Shown one piece after another: positions 6,664-15,053 of a stretch of DNA of 40,786 bases. The position numbers and the translations under genes were made by a program. This DNA comes from Candidatus Thorarchaeota archaeon (lineage in GTDB: Archaea > Asgardarchaeota > Thorarchaeia > Thorarchaeales > Thorarchaeaceae). Within the stretch, counting starts at the first letter, position 1, and every line of letters starts with the position of its first letter. The notes beneath the pieces were generated by a model. That model ran no database searches and was not told the origin of the DNA. It was given only the letters and a program-made list of their open reading frames with translations. The stretch spans positions 1 through 40,786 of the forward strand of contig JAEORO010000061.1 of the NCBI GenBank assembly GCA_016840855.1, given 5' to 3'.

Positions 6664-8382
6664 ATGCCAAAGGAATCTCTAGAAAAAGAACTCGAACATA
6701 TCCTTAGAGAGGACTTGCTTGTTGCATGTCAATATTGGTCGATTGATGTAACAGGAAAGGATAGTGGATCTTCTTTGATCAAGATGCTTGCTGAGAAGAT
6801 GAAAATGCCAGAAGAAAGGACACGAGTCTTTGCAACCTTTTCTCCACTCGAGCGCGACCTTCTTGGAATATTAACTCTTAGTGGAGGTGCTATGAGCTAT
6901 GACAGACTTAAACCTTTTAGAAAAATATATAGCTATGGCCAGCTAAATCAAACTGAAAGAGACCTTAGAAAGAAAGGTATAATCATCAGACGAATGATGT
7001 CACGTTTGACTGAATTCGGAAGGGAAGTTGCTGAATTCAAAGTATTAGATTTCTTCATCCCGCATCTGAGAGACCTTTTTGAATCAAAGCCAGAACCTAC
7101 ACCAGAGGAACCAAAGAGGGCAAAGAATATCGAAAATGAACGAGATTCCCTACTCATAGATATGCTCCTTCTTGTGTCGTACCTAGCTAAGAAAGAAGTC
7201 CATTTAACAAGTGCCTGGGAATTTCCAAGGAGAGAGATTGATAATATCAAGGCATCAATGTCTAAATCTACTGATGAGCGTTTTGAGTTAGTACAAAAGA
7301 TGGCTCGGAAGATGGGAGCCTACGTTGTGGGAGAAGGAGATAGGGTTCAACCATCTAAGGTTGATCTACTCTTTGCAGGGGGATACCATAATGTTGCTCG
7401 TCGACTCCTGTTATCTCAGCTTGGTAGAACAAGAGCTATTTGGGCTACACCGGACCAACCTACAGAATACACCCTCAACTTGGCGATTTGTAGACTTAGA
7501 GAGAGTTCACCTGATGACTGGGTAAGTGTAGAAGAACTAAGAGATTGGATAAGGAGTGAGTTATTCATAGAGAAGCAGGAGTTGAAATGGATTCAGGTTG
7601 ATGATGACAGGGTTCAACTCTCACTTGAAACACCAATTCTCTTAGGATTAGTTGACGCAGCTTACAGAGGGAAAAAGCTCCTTGCAGTTAGACTAACAGA
7701 TGTAGGAGATATTGTGCTCAAAGGAATACCGCATGATAAAACACTGGGAAGAGACTCGTTCTTTGTTTTGCCTAACTTCGAAGTCACTGTCTTTAGTACA
7801 GAAATGGAGTACCATAAAATGTATCGTCTCATGTTGATCACAGAACCGGTTAAAACAGATGTAGTGAGTACATTCAAAATTACAGACAAATCCGTTTTCG
7901 ATGCAATAGAGATAGGTCTGCGTGAAGATGATATACTTGGCTTCCTTGAAAAGGAGAGCAGTAAACCTATTCCACAGAATGTCGTTAGATCAATAACTGA
8001 TTGGACATCACAGACTACATTTACAACAATAGCGGATGTCACACTCTTTGAGACCCAAAACGAACAAGACCTTGAAGATTTGATGTTGATACCAGATTTC
8101 ACAAGACAGATCGTTAGAAAAGTGGGGCCCACAGCAGTGATAGTATCTGGTAACATCGAGGAACTAAGTGCCAATCTTCGAAAGCATAAGTGCATGGTGC
8201 GACGAAAAACCAAAGATGAAGAAATTGACTCTTCGAAAGATTCCTCTGTTGCAGAACAATTCTTGCTCTATGGTGAAGATCAGGGAGTTGAGGATGTTCC
8301 CAATCAATGTGAGGGGTGTCCTGCAGTTCCATCATGTAATAAAGTCATTCGAAGACGGAGTCAGACAAAAAGGGGGGGGTGA
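6664..8382 (+). CDS. XPB-partner 'helicase-associated domain' protein (Helicase_C_3 domain; p52/Tfb2-like)
   Basis: C-terminal VLPNFEV...VSTFKITDKSVFDAIEIGLREDDILGFLEKESSKPIPQNVVRSITDW is the Helicase_C_3 signature, also seen in the XPB N-terminus; N-terminal helical/wHTH-like segments. ORF extends to ATG 6628; 6664 preferred given TTAAATA at 6605. Confidence 0.8.
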   Translation: MPKESLEKELEHILREDLLVACQYWSIDVTGKDSGSSLIKMLAEKMKMPEERTRVFATFSPLERDLLGILTLSGGAMSYDRLKPFRKIYSYGQLNQTERDLRKKGIIIRRMMSRLTEFGREVAEFKVLDFFIPHLRDLFESKPEPTPEEPKRAKNIENERDSLLIDMLLLVSYLAKKEVHLTSAWEFPRREIDNIKASMSKSTDERFELVQKMARKMGAYVVGEGDRVQPSKVDLLFAGGYHNVARRLLLSQLGRTRAIWATPDQPTEYTLNLAICRLRESSPDDWVSVEELRDWIRSELFIEKQELKWIQVDDDRVQLSLETPILLGLVDAAYRGKKLLAVRLTDVGDIVLKGIPHDKTLGRDSFFVLPNFEVTVFSTEMEYHKMYRLMLITEPVKTDVVSTFKITDKSVFDAIEIGLREDDILGFLEKESSKPIPQNVVRSITDWTSQTTFTTIADVTLFETQNEQDLEDLMLIPDFTRQIVRKVGPTAVIVSGNIEELSANLRKHKCMVRRKTKDEEIDSSKDSSVAEQFLLYGEDQGVEDVPNQCEGCPAVPSCNKVIRRRSQTKRGG

Positions 8383-9416
8383 ACCTGGATAGTCTCTTAC
8401 CCAAGGAATTGGCAGGTCATTTCTTTGGTGTAGGGAGCCTTGGAGAAAAGGACCCCGTAGTGCCTTTAGATTATGTGAAGAAACTCAAACTTCCTTATGC
8501 CTATAGTATACCTGCAAGACAAGAGGAAGATATGATAAGGCAATTTGCAGTTTTAGTGGAAGACTTTGAACAGCTAGGAACTTTCATTCTTGATGTGGAC
8601 ATTCACAGCTATCGAGAAATGACAAGCACTGATGAACCCCTCATGTTTGACAAAGAGCATGGACATAGTTCCTATCTCATGATAGATGGCTCCAGCTACT
8701 CATTCTTCAAGACGCAACAAACAGCACCAGCTACAATGTGTTTTAGTATCAGAGATAGTAATGGAAAGCAACATGTTACAAGAAATATGTTTTATTTTTT
8801 CCAGAAACTTATGATAAGAATAGCAAGAGGACAGGTTGAACACTTTAGACACGCTTGTGATAATCTAATACTTTGTCAAGATGATCCAGGATTAGGACAT
8901 GTGTTTGAAGCGATTATACAAGGAAAAGTGCTGGGACTGAGTCTAAATGAGATTGTTCAAAAAACTGATGACATCTATCCGGATTCGGTAATTCCTGCAT
9001 ATCATTATTGTGATGACTGGCGTCAACTTGTACTCGATGGGTGGTATCCACTCTGGGAGGGTAAACCAAAGTTGGTCCATATCGACGTGATTCGATATCT
9101 CCCAGAGATTGGAGAAGAACAGGCTGAGAAGATCAATTTGTTCATGAAACAAGGAGGAGGTCTTGCGCTCGGAGCGCTGCCTAATACGGATGACTCATAC
9201 TCTAAGCCAATCCTTGAAACGCTTCAATTCAATCTCTCTCAAAGTTTTCACTGCTTAAAGGATAGTGGTGTCGATTTGGGACTTTTGAAAAGGAACGCCA
9301 TGGTTTCAACTCAATGTGGTCTTTCAGGAGCAAGCCCAGAATTGTCAAGAAGAATTCATGAGGAGAGCTCTAAATTCAAAGAGATGTTTCTTCAAACTAT
9401 TGAATCCTCGACCTAG
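8379..9416 (+). CDS. Cobalamin-independent methionine synthase catalytic-core-like (URO-D/CIMS) protein
   Basis: GVGSL N-terminal motif, LCQDDPGL (cf. QxDEP), HYC and STQCGLSGAS putative Zn ligands; single barrel length; GTGA overlap with upstream gene. Confidence 0.65.
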   Translation: MNLDSLLPKELAGHFFGVGSLGEKDPVVPLDYVKKLKLPYAYSIPARQEEDMIRQFAVLVEDFEQLGTFILDVDIHSYREMTSTDEPLMFDKEHGHSSYLMIDGSSYSFFKTQQTAPATMCFSIRDSNGKQHVTRNMFYFFQKLMIRIARGQVEHFRHACDNLILCQDDPGLGHVFEAIIQGKVLGLSLNEIVQKTDDIYPDSVIPAYHYCDDWRQLVLDGWYPLWEGKPKLVHIDVIRYLPEIGEEQAEKINLFMKQGGGLALGALPNTDDSYSKPILETLQFNLSQSFHCLKDSGVDLGLLKRNAMVSTQCGLSGASPELSRRIHEESSKFKEMFLQTIESST

Positions 9417-9439
9417 ATAGTATCTCTAGAACACTTTGA

Positions 9440-10288
9440 TTAGAATGGCCAAGGTGTTATTCTTGGAGGGATATGCGGCTGAATGAATCCAGGGAACCAG
9501 ATGTTCATCATAGGCAATAACGGAGTGAGTAAAACTGCGGCTGTAAACAGCAGAGCAAAGGTTAGCGTGTGGACTGAAGTTACATACGTGTAATATGGTC
9601 GAATGTATGAGTAGAATGCAAAAGCTGGAATCGATAGAGCAACCATCGCCATTATCTCAACAGAATCAAAGAAGAAAGGCATTGACATCGGCCAGAGAAA
9701 ATAGAAAATCCAAGTGATTTTCTCGCTTGATGTTTCATGATGTGCAATCTTATGAATACCATCCACGCCCTGTGCTAGGAAGAAAACTGGAATGAGGAGC
9801 CACCACTGGAGACCAACAAAAAACATTGGACCGGCATAGAAGAGAAGGTCACCTGCACTTTCAATTCGCTCCCAAAATGGATTCCTGCTGATAAATTCAG
9901 TCATCTCTGTCATATAGTATCCGAGCATTTGAAATGCAACTAGAATAGGCAATAGGACAAATGAAAATATGATCATAATCACTGCAGCTTTGGGGAGTTC
10001 GTTAATCTTACCTTCATGATAGTTATCTAATGGATAGATACCATGTAGAGTAAAAGCTGCAATGAATACCAACAACCCACTTGGAAGAAAATACAATGGC
10101 TGGAAGATATATTGGAAAATTCCAAACCCTTGATATACGTTCCCAACCAGAGGACTGAATGAAGAGTCCAAAATTGGAAGGAAATACCAAACTCCAAAAA
10201 CCACCAAGAGCTCAGGAATTAGCATCTTGAGCCTATAGTCTTGGATGAACTTCATTAATGCACTAGGTTCTGTGGCTTGTTCTCCCAT
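9440..10288 (-). CDS. Polytopic membrane protein (about 7-8 TM), unknown function
   Basis: Multiple long hydrophobic segments; GGTGA SD before ATG. Confidence 0.75.
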   Translation of the reverse strand: MGEQATEPSALMKFIQDYRLKMLIPELLVVFGVWYFLPILDSSFSPLVGNVYQGFGIFQYIFQPLYFLPSGLLVFIAAFTLHGIYPLDNYHEGKINELPKAAVIMIIFSFVLLPILVAFQMLGYYMTEMTEFISRNPFWERIESAGDLLFYAGPMFFVGLQWWLLIPVFFLAQGVDGIHKIAHHETSSEKITWIFYFLWPMSMPFFFDSVEIMAMVALSIPAFAFYSYIRPYYTYVTSVHTLTFALLFTAAVLLTPLLPMMNIWFPGFIQPHIPPRITPWPF

Positions 10289-10306
10289 TATTTCACCGAT
10301 CCTCTA

Positions 10307-10600
10307 TTAGTTGAAAGTTGGTTTTCGTGAAGCCAAGTCGTCGTCTTCCTCACGAAGCTTGTGTTGGAATGGTCTTCCCTGACTATAGATATCTGGGTCC
10401 ATATCCTTGGTCTTGTTCATAATTGTGAAGAATCCACCAACTTGAATGATAATGGATACAATTGATATTAGGAAAACATCAGGAAAGTACTCATGAGAAA
10501 AGAGCTGAAAAAACCAAACAGTCGGGTATAGTACCACTTGGATTAGGATTCCAAGTATCAGTGCCAAAACCCATTTGTTTGTCCAATTTGATAAAGTCAT
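10307..10600 (-). CDS. Small 2-TM membrane protein
   Basis: Two hydrophobic helices then a charged tail; co-oriented in the operon; start uncertain (10600/10594; ORF to 10627). Confidence 0.65.
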   Translation of the reverse strand: MTLSNWTNKWVLALILGILIQVVLYPTVWFFQLFSHEYFPDVFLISIVSIIIQVGGFFTIMNKTKDMDPDIYSQGRPFQHKLREEDDDLASRKPTFN

Positions 10601-10675
10601 CCAACGCCGACATCCTGGTGGGTTCAATTCAGTTCCTGAGCCTGAAAGTCCAATAATTAAAGGTGTCTATGTTAT

Positions 10676-11641
10676 CTACTCACCTACATACTTGTCCTCT
10701 AATTCGGTAACTAGGAGTCTTGCTAGGTTTCTGAAGTCGCTCATTGAGATATGGGGGACACTACTTGTTCGTTCAGGAATATTGAAACGAGCAACAATCA
10801 CCATGACATCCTTATCCATTGAGTATTCTAGAAGAGCAGGATATTTGGTGCCTATTCGAAATCCATCTTCATGAGGTTTCACTCGTCCGCCTTTGTAAAT
10901 GGTTCCAACCAAATATGGATATGCAAAACCACTGTGTGAAACCTGGACTTGGATTTGGACTGTTTCAGGAAGATTCTGGACGTACGCTTTCACTTCAGAA
11001 TCGAGAAGGGTCTGCACTCCACCTCGTACTCCAAGCTCTACGTTCATTCCTGCCCTGACTCCAGGTACAAGTGCTAGTTCGCGAGCAAAATTATAAACAT
11101 CTCCTTTCAACGGTCGTTTGAAGAATTCTTGGGCATCAATTGACGGTATTCTGAAACCCAAGACGAACCCAACGACTGAAACAATGCTGTTTTCAAGAGT
11201 GATGAACAGAATGGGATCTAGGTTTGGACTGAGAAGAACTGTGTTCCATGTCTGGGATAGTAGAATTAGACCACCAAGAATTAGGATAAAGAGGAGGGAG
11301 CAAAAACAACTCATCCAGTCACCCGGGTGTGAAAAGAACTCTCCATACGCATCCTCATACTCCTCAACCATATTCTCATAATCACCAAAACTTACCCATG
11401 TCTTTTTCTTCTCCCATTTACCAGGGATATAATCGATAGCCTTCTTCGAACCGCCACCAAATGTTAATGAAATAAGGAAAAGAACTGCAGGCATTCCCAC
11501 AAACACTGCAAGCTTGTAGAAGCTGTTAGGGTTCATATAGTTTACAACAATTCCAACGGCTGTGTACAGAACCGCGAAAATAACAAATGCTCGGTTCACA
11601 CTTCCTTGTCGACTATAATCAATGATTGTTTCTTCATTCAA
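10676..11641 (-). CDS. 4-TM membrane protein with C-terminal soluble domain (paralog C)
   Basis: 2+2 TM arrangement; shares motifs with the two upstream genes; TTG start. Confidence 0.8.
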   Translation of the reverse strand: MNEETIIDYSRQGSVNRAFVIFAVLYTAVGIVVNYMNPNSFYKLAVFVGMPAVLFLISLTFGGGSKKAIDYIPGKWEKKKTWVSFGDYENMVEEYEDAYGEFFSHPGDWMSCFCSLLFILILGGLILLSQTWNTVLLSPNLDPILFITLENSIVSVVGFVLGFRIPSIDAQEFFKRPLKGDVYNFARELALVPGVRAGMNVELGVRGGVQTLLDSEVKAYVQNLPETVQIQVQVSHSGFAYPYLVGTIYKGGRVKPHEDGFRIGTKYPALLEYSMDKDVMVIVARFNIPERTSSVPHISMSDFRNLARLLVTELEDKYVGE

Positions 11642-11687
11642 TCCAAACTATCCCTCATCAAATTCAAAGCTTGGGTAGTGATAAGCT

Positions 11688-12635
11688 CTACGATAATTTA
11701 TGATTGTGAGCGTTATCTTGACGTTTCAAATAGTATGCTACCTCTTCAAGGACCTCATTTAAGATTTCATCCGCACCCTTTGAGGAGATATATGTCTGAA
11801 GGGTTTTGTGGACTATTTGTGTAAGCTTTTTGAGAGATGGCACTCCAACATGTTCATCGATCACACGAGATCCATCAGAATCATCTAGAGTGATTGTTGC
11901 TAAAGTTTTCTGAGGATGACCAGATTCATCCAGGACACACTTTATCTTTGAAACACTCTCTATACCTTCAATTCGAGAAATTGGACATACATCGCGAATC
12001 GTGTAGTACCCTCCAGATTCGCCTAGTAACAAATTTACTCCACTCCATGAGATGCCAGGAGTCTTTTCCATTAATTCAATCCATGGGCGCAAGATCCCAC
12101 CAGAAACAATTGGAAAATAAGAAGTAGCTTCATTCGGAATAAGCTTGAACATTATTGATGAACATATGAGACCAAACATGAGAACAAGGAAACCAAAAAT
12201 AAGTGGAGAAGCAGCGATTAGAAAGATGTTCGCCCTCATTAGTGGAAAAGGAATGGCTATAGCTATTGCTGATAGAAGAATTGCTAGAAAAATTTGGTAG
12301 TAATCCACAATTGAGAGAAAACTCCGATATTGACTTCGATACTGCTTCATCATAGCTTCATATTCGGATAAGGACACATCTCTCTCTCTGAAACTCCATT
12401 CGGGCTCGCTAAATCTTATCCGAGTCTTCATTCTCCATGCAACTACTGTGATACAGGGAATAATACTGACTAGAGCAAACATAGCCCACGCAATCCATGC
12501 AAATGGCGTTTCATACAACGGAAGTAGCTGCACTTGAGCAATCTCAAAACTCATGAAAGACCATATAATGAGAATTATGAAAATCAGAATTTGGTAACTT
12601 AGAAGTGATCCAGTTGTAACGGGACCTTCATCCAA
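11688..12635 (-). CDS. 4-TM membrane protein with C-terminal soluble domain (paralog B)
   Basis: 2+2 TM; EPEW...VSLSEYEAMMKQY and EKTPGISW..V...GESGGY motifs; TTG start 2 nt after the upstream stop. Confidence 0.8.
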   Translation of the reverse strand: MDEGPVTTGSLLSYQILIFIILIIWSFMSFEIAQVQLLPLYETPFAWIAWAMFALVSIIPCITVVAWRMKTRIRFSEPEWSFRERDVSLSEYEAMMKQYRSQYRSFLSIVDYYQIFLAILLSAIAIAIPFPLMRANIFLIAASPLIFGFLVLMFGLICSSIMFKLIPNEATSYFPIVSGGILRPWIELMEKTPGISWSGVNLLLGESGGYYTIRDVCPISRIEGIESVSKIKCVLDESGHPQKTLATITLDDSDGSRVIDEHVGVPSLKKLTQIVHKTLQTYISSKGADEILNEVLEEVAYYLKRQDNAHNHKLS

Positions 12636-12637
12636 TT

Positions 12638-13651
12638 TTATCCCTCTGAATAGTTGACCTCAAGCGATTTCAGAATATCGAAAAGTTGTTCGTTCTTACC
12701 CCGAGTCTTTATCCACTCAAGGATAACGATAGCCACTGCATTTTGAAAAACTGCGGAAATGTCCTTCACGCCTGGATGTTTCACCTTGGATTCTACTGGT
12801 AGTCTAACATAGTATCCTTTTTCATCTGTGCCTATGAATTTCCTAAAATTACGATCTGTTGATACCCACCACCAAACAACTTGTGGATTGTTTTCGTATT
12901 CGTGAAGTCTGCAGAGTACGCGATTAACAGCATGAAGTTCTTCTGACCATGATTCGATATATGCATCCTTTTCAATTCCAGAGATTCGGGAAACTACCCT
13001 TGGACTCTCATATATCTCATAGCCATCTACTTCGCCTTTATCAAATACTACACGAATATAGGATAATCCCGGTACTTTTTCTTGAGATTTAGCTAAGGTA
13101 ATTGCTTCTCTTGCTAATAGAATGTCAAAATCAACAGATGCCTCATTTGATGCTGCAAGTAATGCACCGATTGATGCTACAATATATACTACTGAGAGTG
13201 CAAGCGCAAAGATCCAAACTTCAAGTCCACCCAAATTTGGACTTTCAATGAAGACAAAAACAGGTAAGCCGGCCATGAACAAGAGGAGCCCAATAGGGAT
13301 AAAGAACGTCCAGTAGCTACTCATCGACACTAATCGCCAGTATTTGCGGTTGTGAGTCTTGACAAGGGTTTTCGCATCATCAATTGTCATCTGAACAGGC
13401 TTTAGAGTCCAAGTGGGATCTGTGTACATAATTGCGGACTTCTTTCCATACCACCCAATATAGAATCCAAGAGCTGTGACTATTACCGGAAGGCAAATGA
13501 AAAATAACAGAATCGATCCCCAATCCCAGGTTGATGAAGGGAGGTATAGGTCTGCGACAAAGTAGCCTATAACGAATAGCAGAAGTGTACCAAGAAATAT
13601 GGATGCATAAATCTTTGTCAAAGACTTGTAGGTAATGATGCGCTCTGCCAT
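12638..13651 (-). CDS. 4-TM membrane protein with C-terminal soluble domain (paralog A)
   Basis: 2+2 TM; DPTW...MTIDDAKTLVKTH and EKVPGLSY..V...GEVDGY motifs; GGAG SD. Confidence 0.8.
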   Translation of the reverse strand: MAERIITYKSLTKIYASIFLGTLLLFVIGYFVADLYLPSSTWDWGSILLFFICLPVIVTALGFYIGWYGKKSAIMYTDPTWTLKPVQMTIDDAKTLVKTHNRKYWRLVSMSSYWTFFIPIGLLLFMAGLPVFVFIESPNLGGLEVWIFALALSVVYIVASIGALLAASNEASVDFDILLAREAITLAKSQEKVPGLSYIRVVFDKGEVDGYEIYESPRVVSRISGIEKDAYIESWSEELHAVNRVLCRLHEYENNPQVVWWWVSTDRNFRKFIGTDEKGYYVRLPVESKVKHPGVKDISAVFQNAVAIVILEWIKTRGKNEQLFDILKSLEVNYSEG

Positions 13652-13795
13652 CTTGACTCCGCCTAGAACAATTGGCTCTTTGTCATTTGCTCTTTAAGGA
13701 TTGCTGATGATTCAGGTGACATGCAAATATTTATAACACGAACCCCAATTGATGTATTAATTATTGTTAATTTTTCACAAGGAGATGAGAATTCA

Positions 13796-14278
13796 TTGAT
13801 TAAAATAGGTGACAAAGCACCAGATTTTACTACAACAACAGAAAGTGGGGAAAAATTCAAGCTAAGCAGTTACAAGGGAAAGAAAGTCTTTCTATACTTC
13901 TACCCAAAGGACAATACTCCTGGTTGTCAAGCTGAAGCGTGTTCTATTCGTGATAATTATCATGTATTTGAAAAATCAGACGTCCCCGTCTTTGGTGTTA
14001 GTGGTGGAACAGAGAAATCACATAAAAGCTTCAAAGAGAAGAACAATCTGCCATTCCCCCTACTTATGGATGAGGAATTTAAGATTGCCAAGCTATATGA
14101 TGTATACAAAAAGAAGAGCATGTATGGCAAAGAGTACATGGGTATTGAACGAACAACTTTCCTCATAGATGAGAAAGGAAAAATTGAGGGAATCTTTGGT
14201 GGCCCAGAAGGAATCGAGAAGGTCAAGACCAAGGACCATGCGGACCAGGTCATCAAGTTCTGGAACCTCAAGCTGTAG
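13796..14278 (+). CDS. bcp: Peroxiredoxin, BCP/PrxQ family
   Basis: IGDKAPDF, YFYPKDNTPGCQAEAC (PxxxTxxCxxxxC), ERTTFLID; probable TTG start at 13796 after GGAGA SD (ORF extends to 13721). Confidence 0.93.
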   Translation: MIKIGDKAPDFTTTTESGEKFKLSSYKGKKVFLYFYPKDNTPGCQAEACSIRDNYHVFEKSDVPVFGVSGGTEKSHKSFKEKNNLPFPLLMDEEFKIAKLYDVYKKKSMYGKEYMGIERTTFLIDEKGKIEGIFGGPEGIEKVKTKDHADQVIKFWNLKL

Positions 14279-14289
14279 AGGAATCTGCA

Positions 14290-14763
14290 ATGTTGGAGGT
14301 AGGCGACGAAGCTCCAGACTTCGAAACAGAAGACGACACAGGTAAGAAGTTCAAACTGAGTGACTTTAAAGGACAAAAACTAGTCCTCTATTTCTATCCT
14401 AAAGACTTCACACCCGGATGCACAGCAGAAGCTTGTTCGATTCGAGATAGCTATCAGCTCTTTGAAGGATCAGGAATACCTATTTTTGGAATCTCAGGTG
14501 GTTCAGCTGGGTTACATCGAAAGTTTAGAGAGAAGTATGAACTGCCTTTCAACATCCTAATGGATGAGGATCTTAGCATTGCAAGACTCTATGATGCCTA
14601 TAGTAGATTGGACATCCTTGGAATGGGAGTGAAACGGATTACATACTTAGTTGGTGAAGATGGTAAGATAGAAGCTATCTTTGGCGGTTCAGAAGGGTTA
14701 GAGAAAGTCAAATCAAGTCAACATGCAGATCAAATTGCAAACTATTGGGGTTTAAAGCTATAG
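14290..14763 (+). CDS. bcp: Peroxiredoxin, BCP/PrxQ family (tandem paralog)
   Basis: VGDEAPDF, YFYPKDFTPGCTAEAC, KRITYLV. Confidence 0.93.
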   Translation: MLEVGDEAPDFETEDDTGKKFKLSDFKGQKLVLYFYPKDFTPGCTAEACSIRDSYQLFEGSGIPIFGISGGSAGLHRKFREKYELPFNILMDEDLSIARLYDAYSRLDILGMGVKRITYLVGEDGKIEAIFGGSEGLEKVKSSQHADQIANYWGLKL

Positions 14764-14973
14764 GATTGTCATTCAGTCTTACTCGGTTTTCCAATGTATT
14801 TCTTATACACTGGCGGCTTTGTACTCTAGTCTAGTCTGTGCGCTCACAGTTTAACACGTTCATACTTGGTCGTACTATGAAATTCATCACTGACTCCGAG
14901 CCTACGGATCCATAGACTATTTATTTTATCAATGCAGTGATGTGGTTTCTCGTTTTCACCAGAAAGCATAGAC

Positions 14974-15048
14974 TTTAATCGGGGCTTTGAGCAGCCCCAA
15001 CTCGCTTGACGGGCAAATATAGCTCGTCTGTATGAGACAAAGGGGCTC
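14974..15048 (+). promoter_or_regulatory. Putative promoter, palindrome and structured 5' leader of malic enzyme
   Basis: TTTAAT at 14974; GGGGCT-N6-AGCCCC (14981-14998); hairpin GACGGGC/GCTCGTC (15008-15028); second GGGGCT at the SD position (15042-15047). Confidence 0.35.
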
Positions 15049-15053
15049 ACATA

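Noticed and set aside
8372-8379. G8 homopolymer as a phase-variation tract
   Set aside because: It lies in the last codons of the gene at the stop/start overlap, so slippage would change little; no evidence of length variation is available
14264-14763. C-terminal -LKL of both BCPs as a peroxisomal PTS1-like signal
   Set aside because: Does not fit the (S/A/C)-(K/R/H)-L consensus and has no known meaning in a prokaryote
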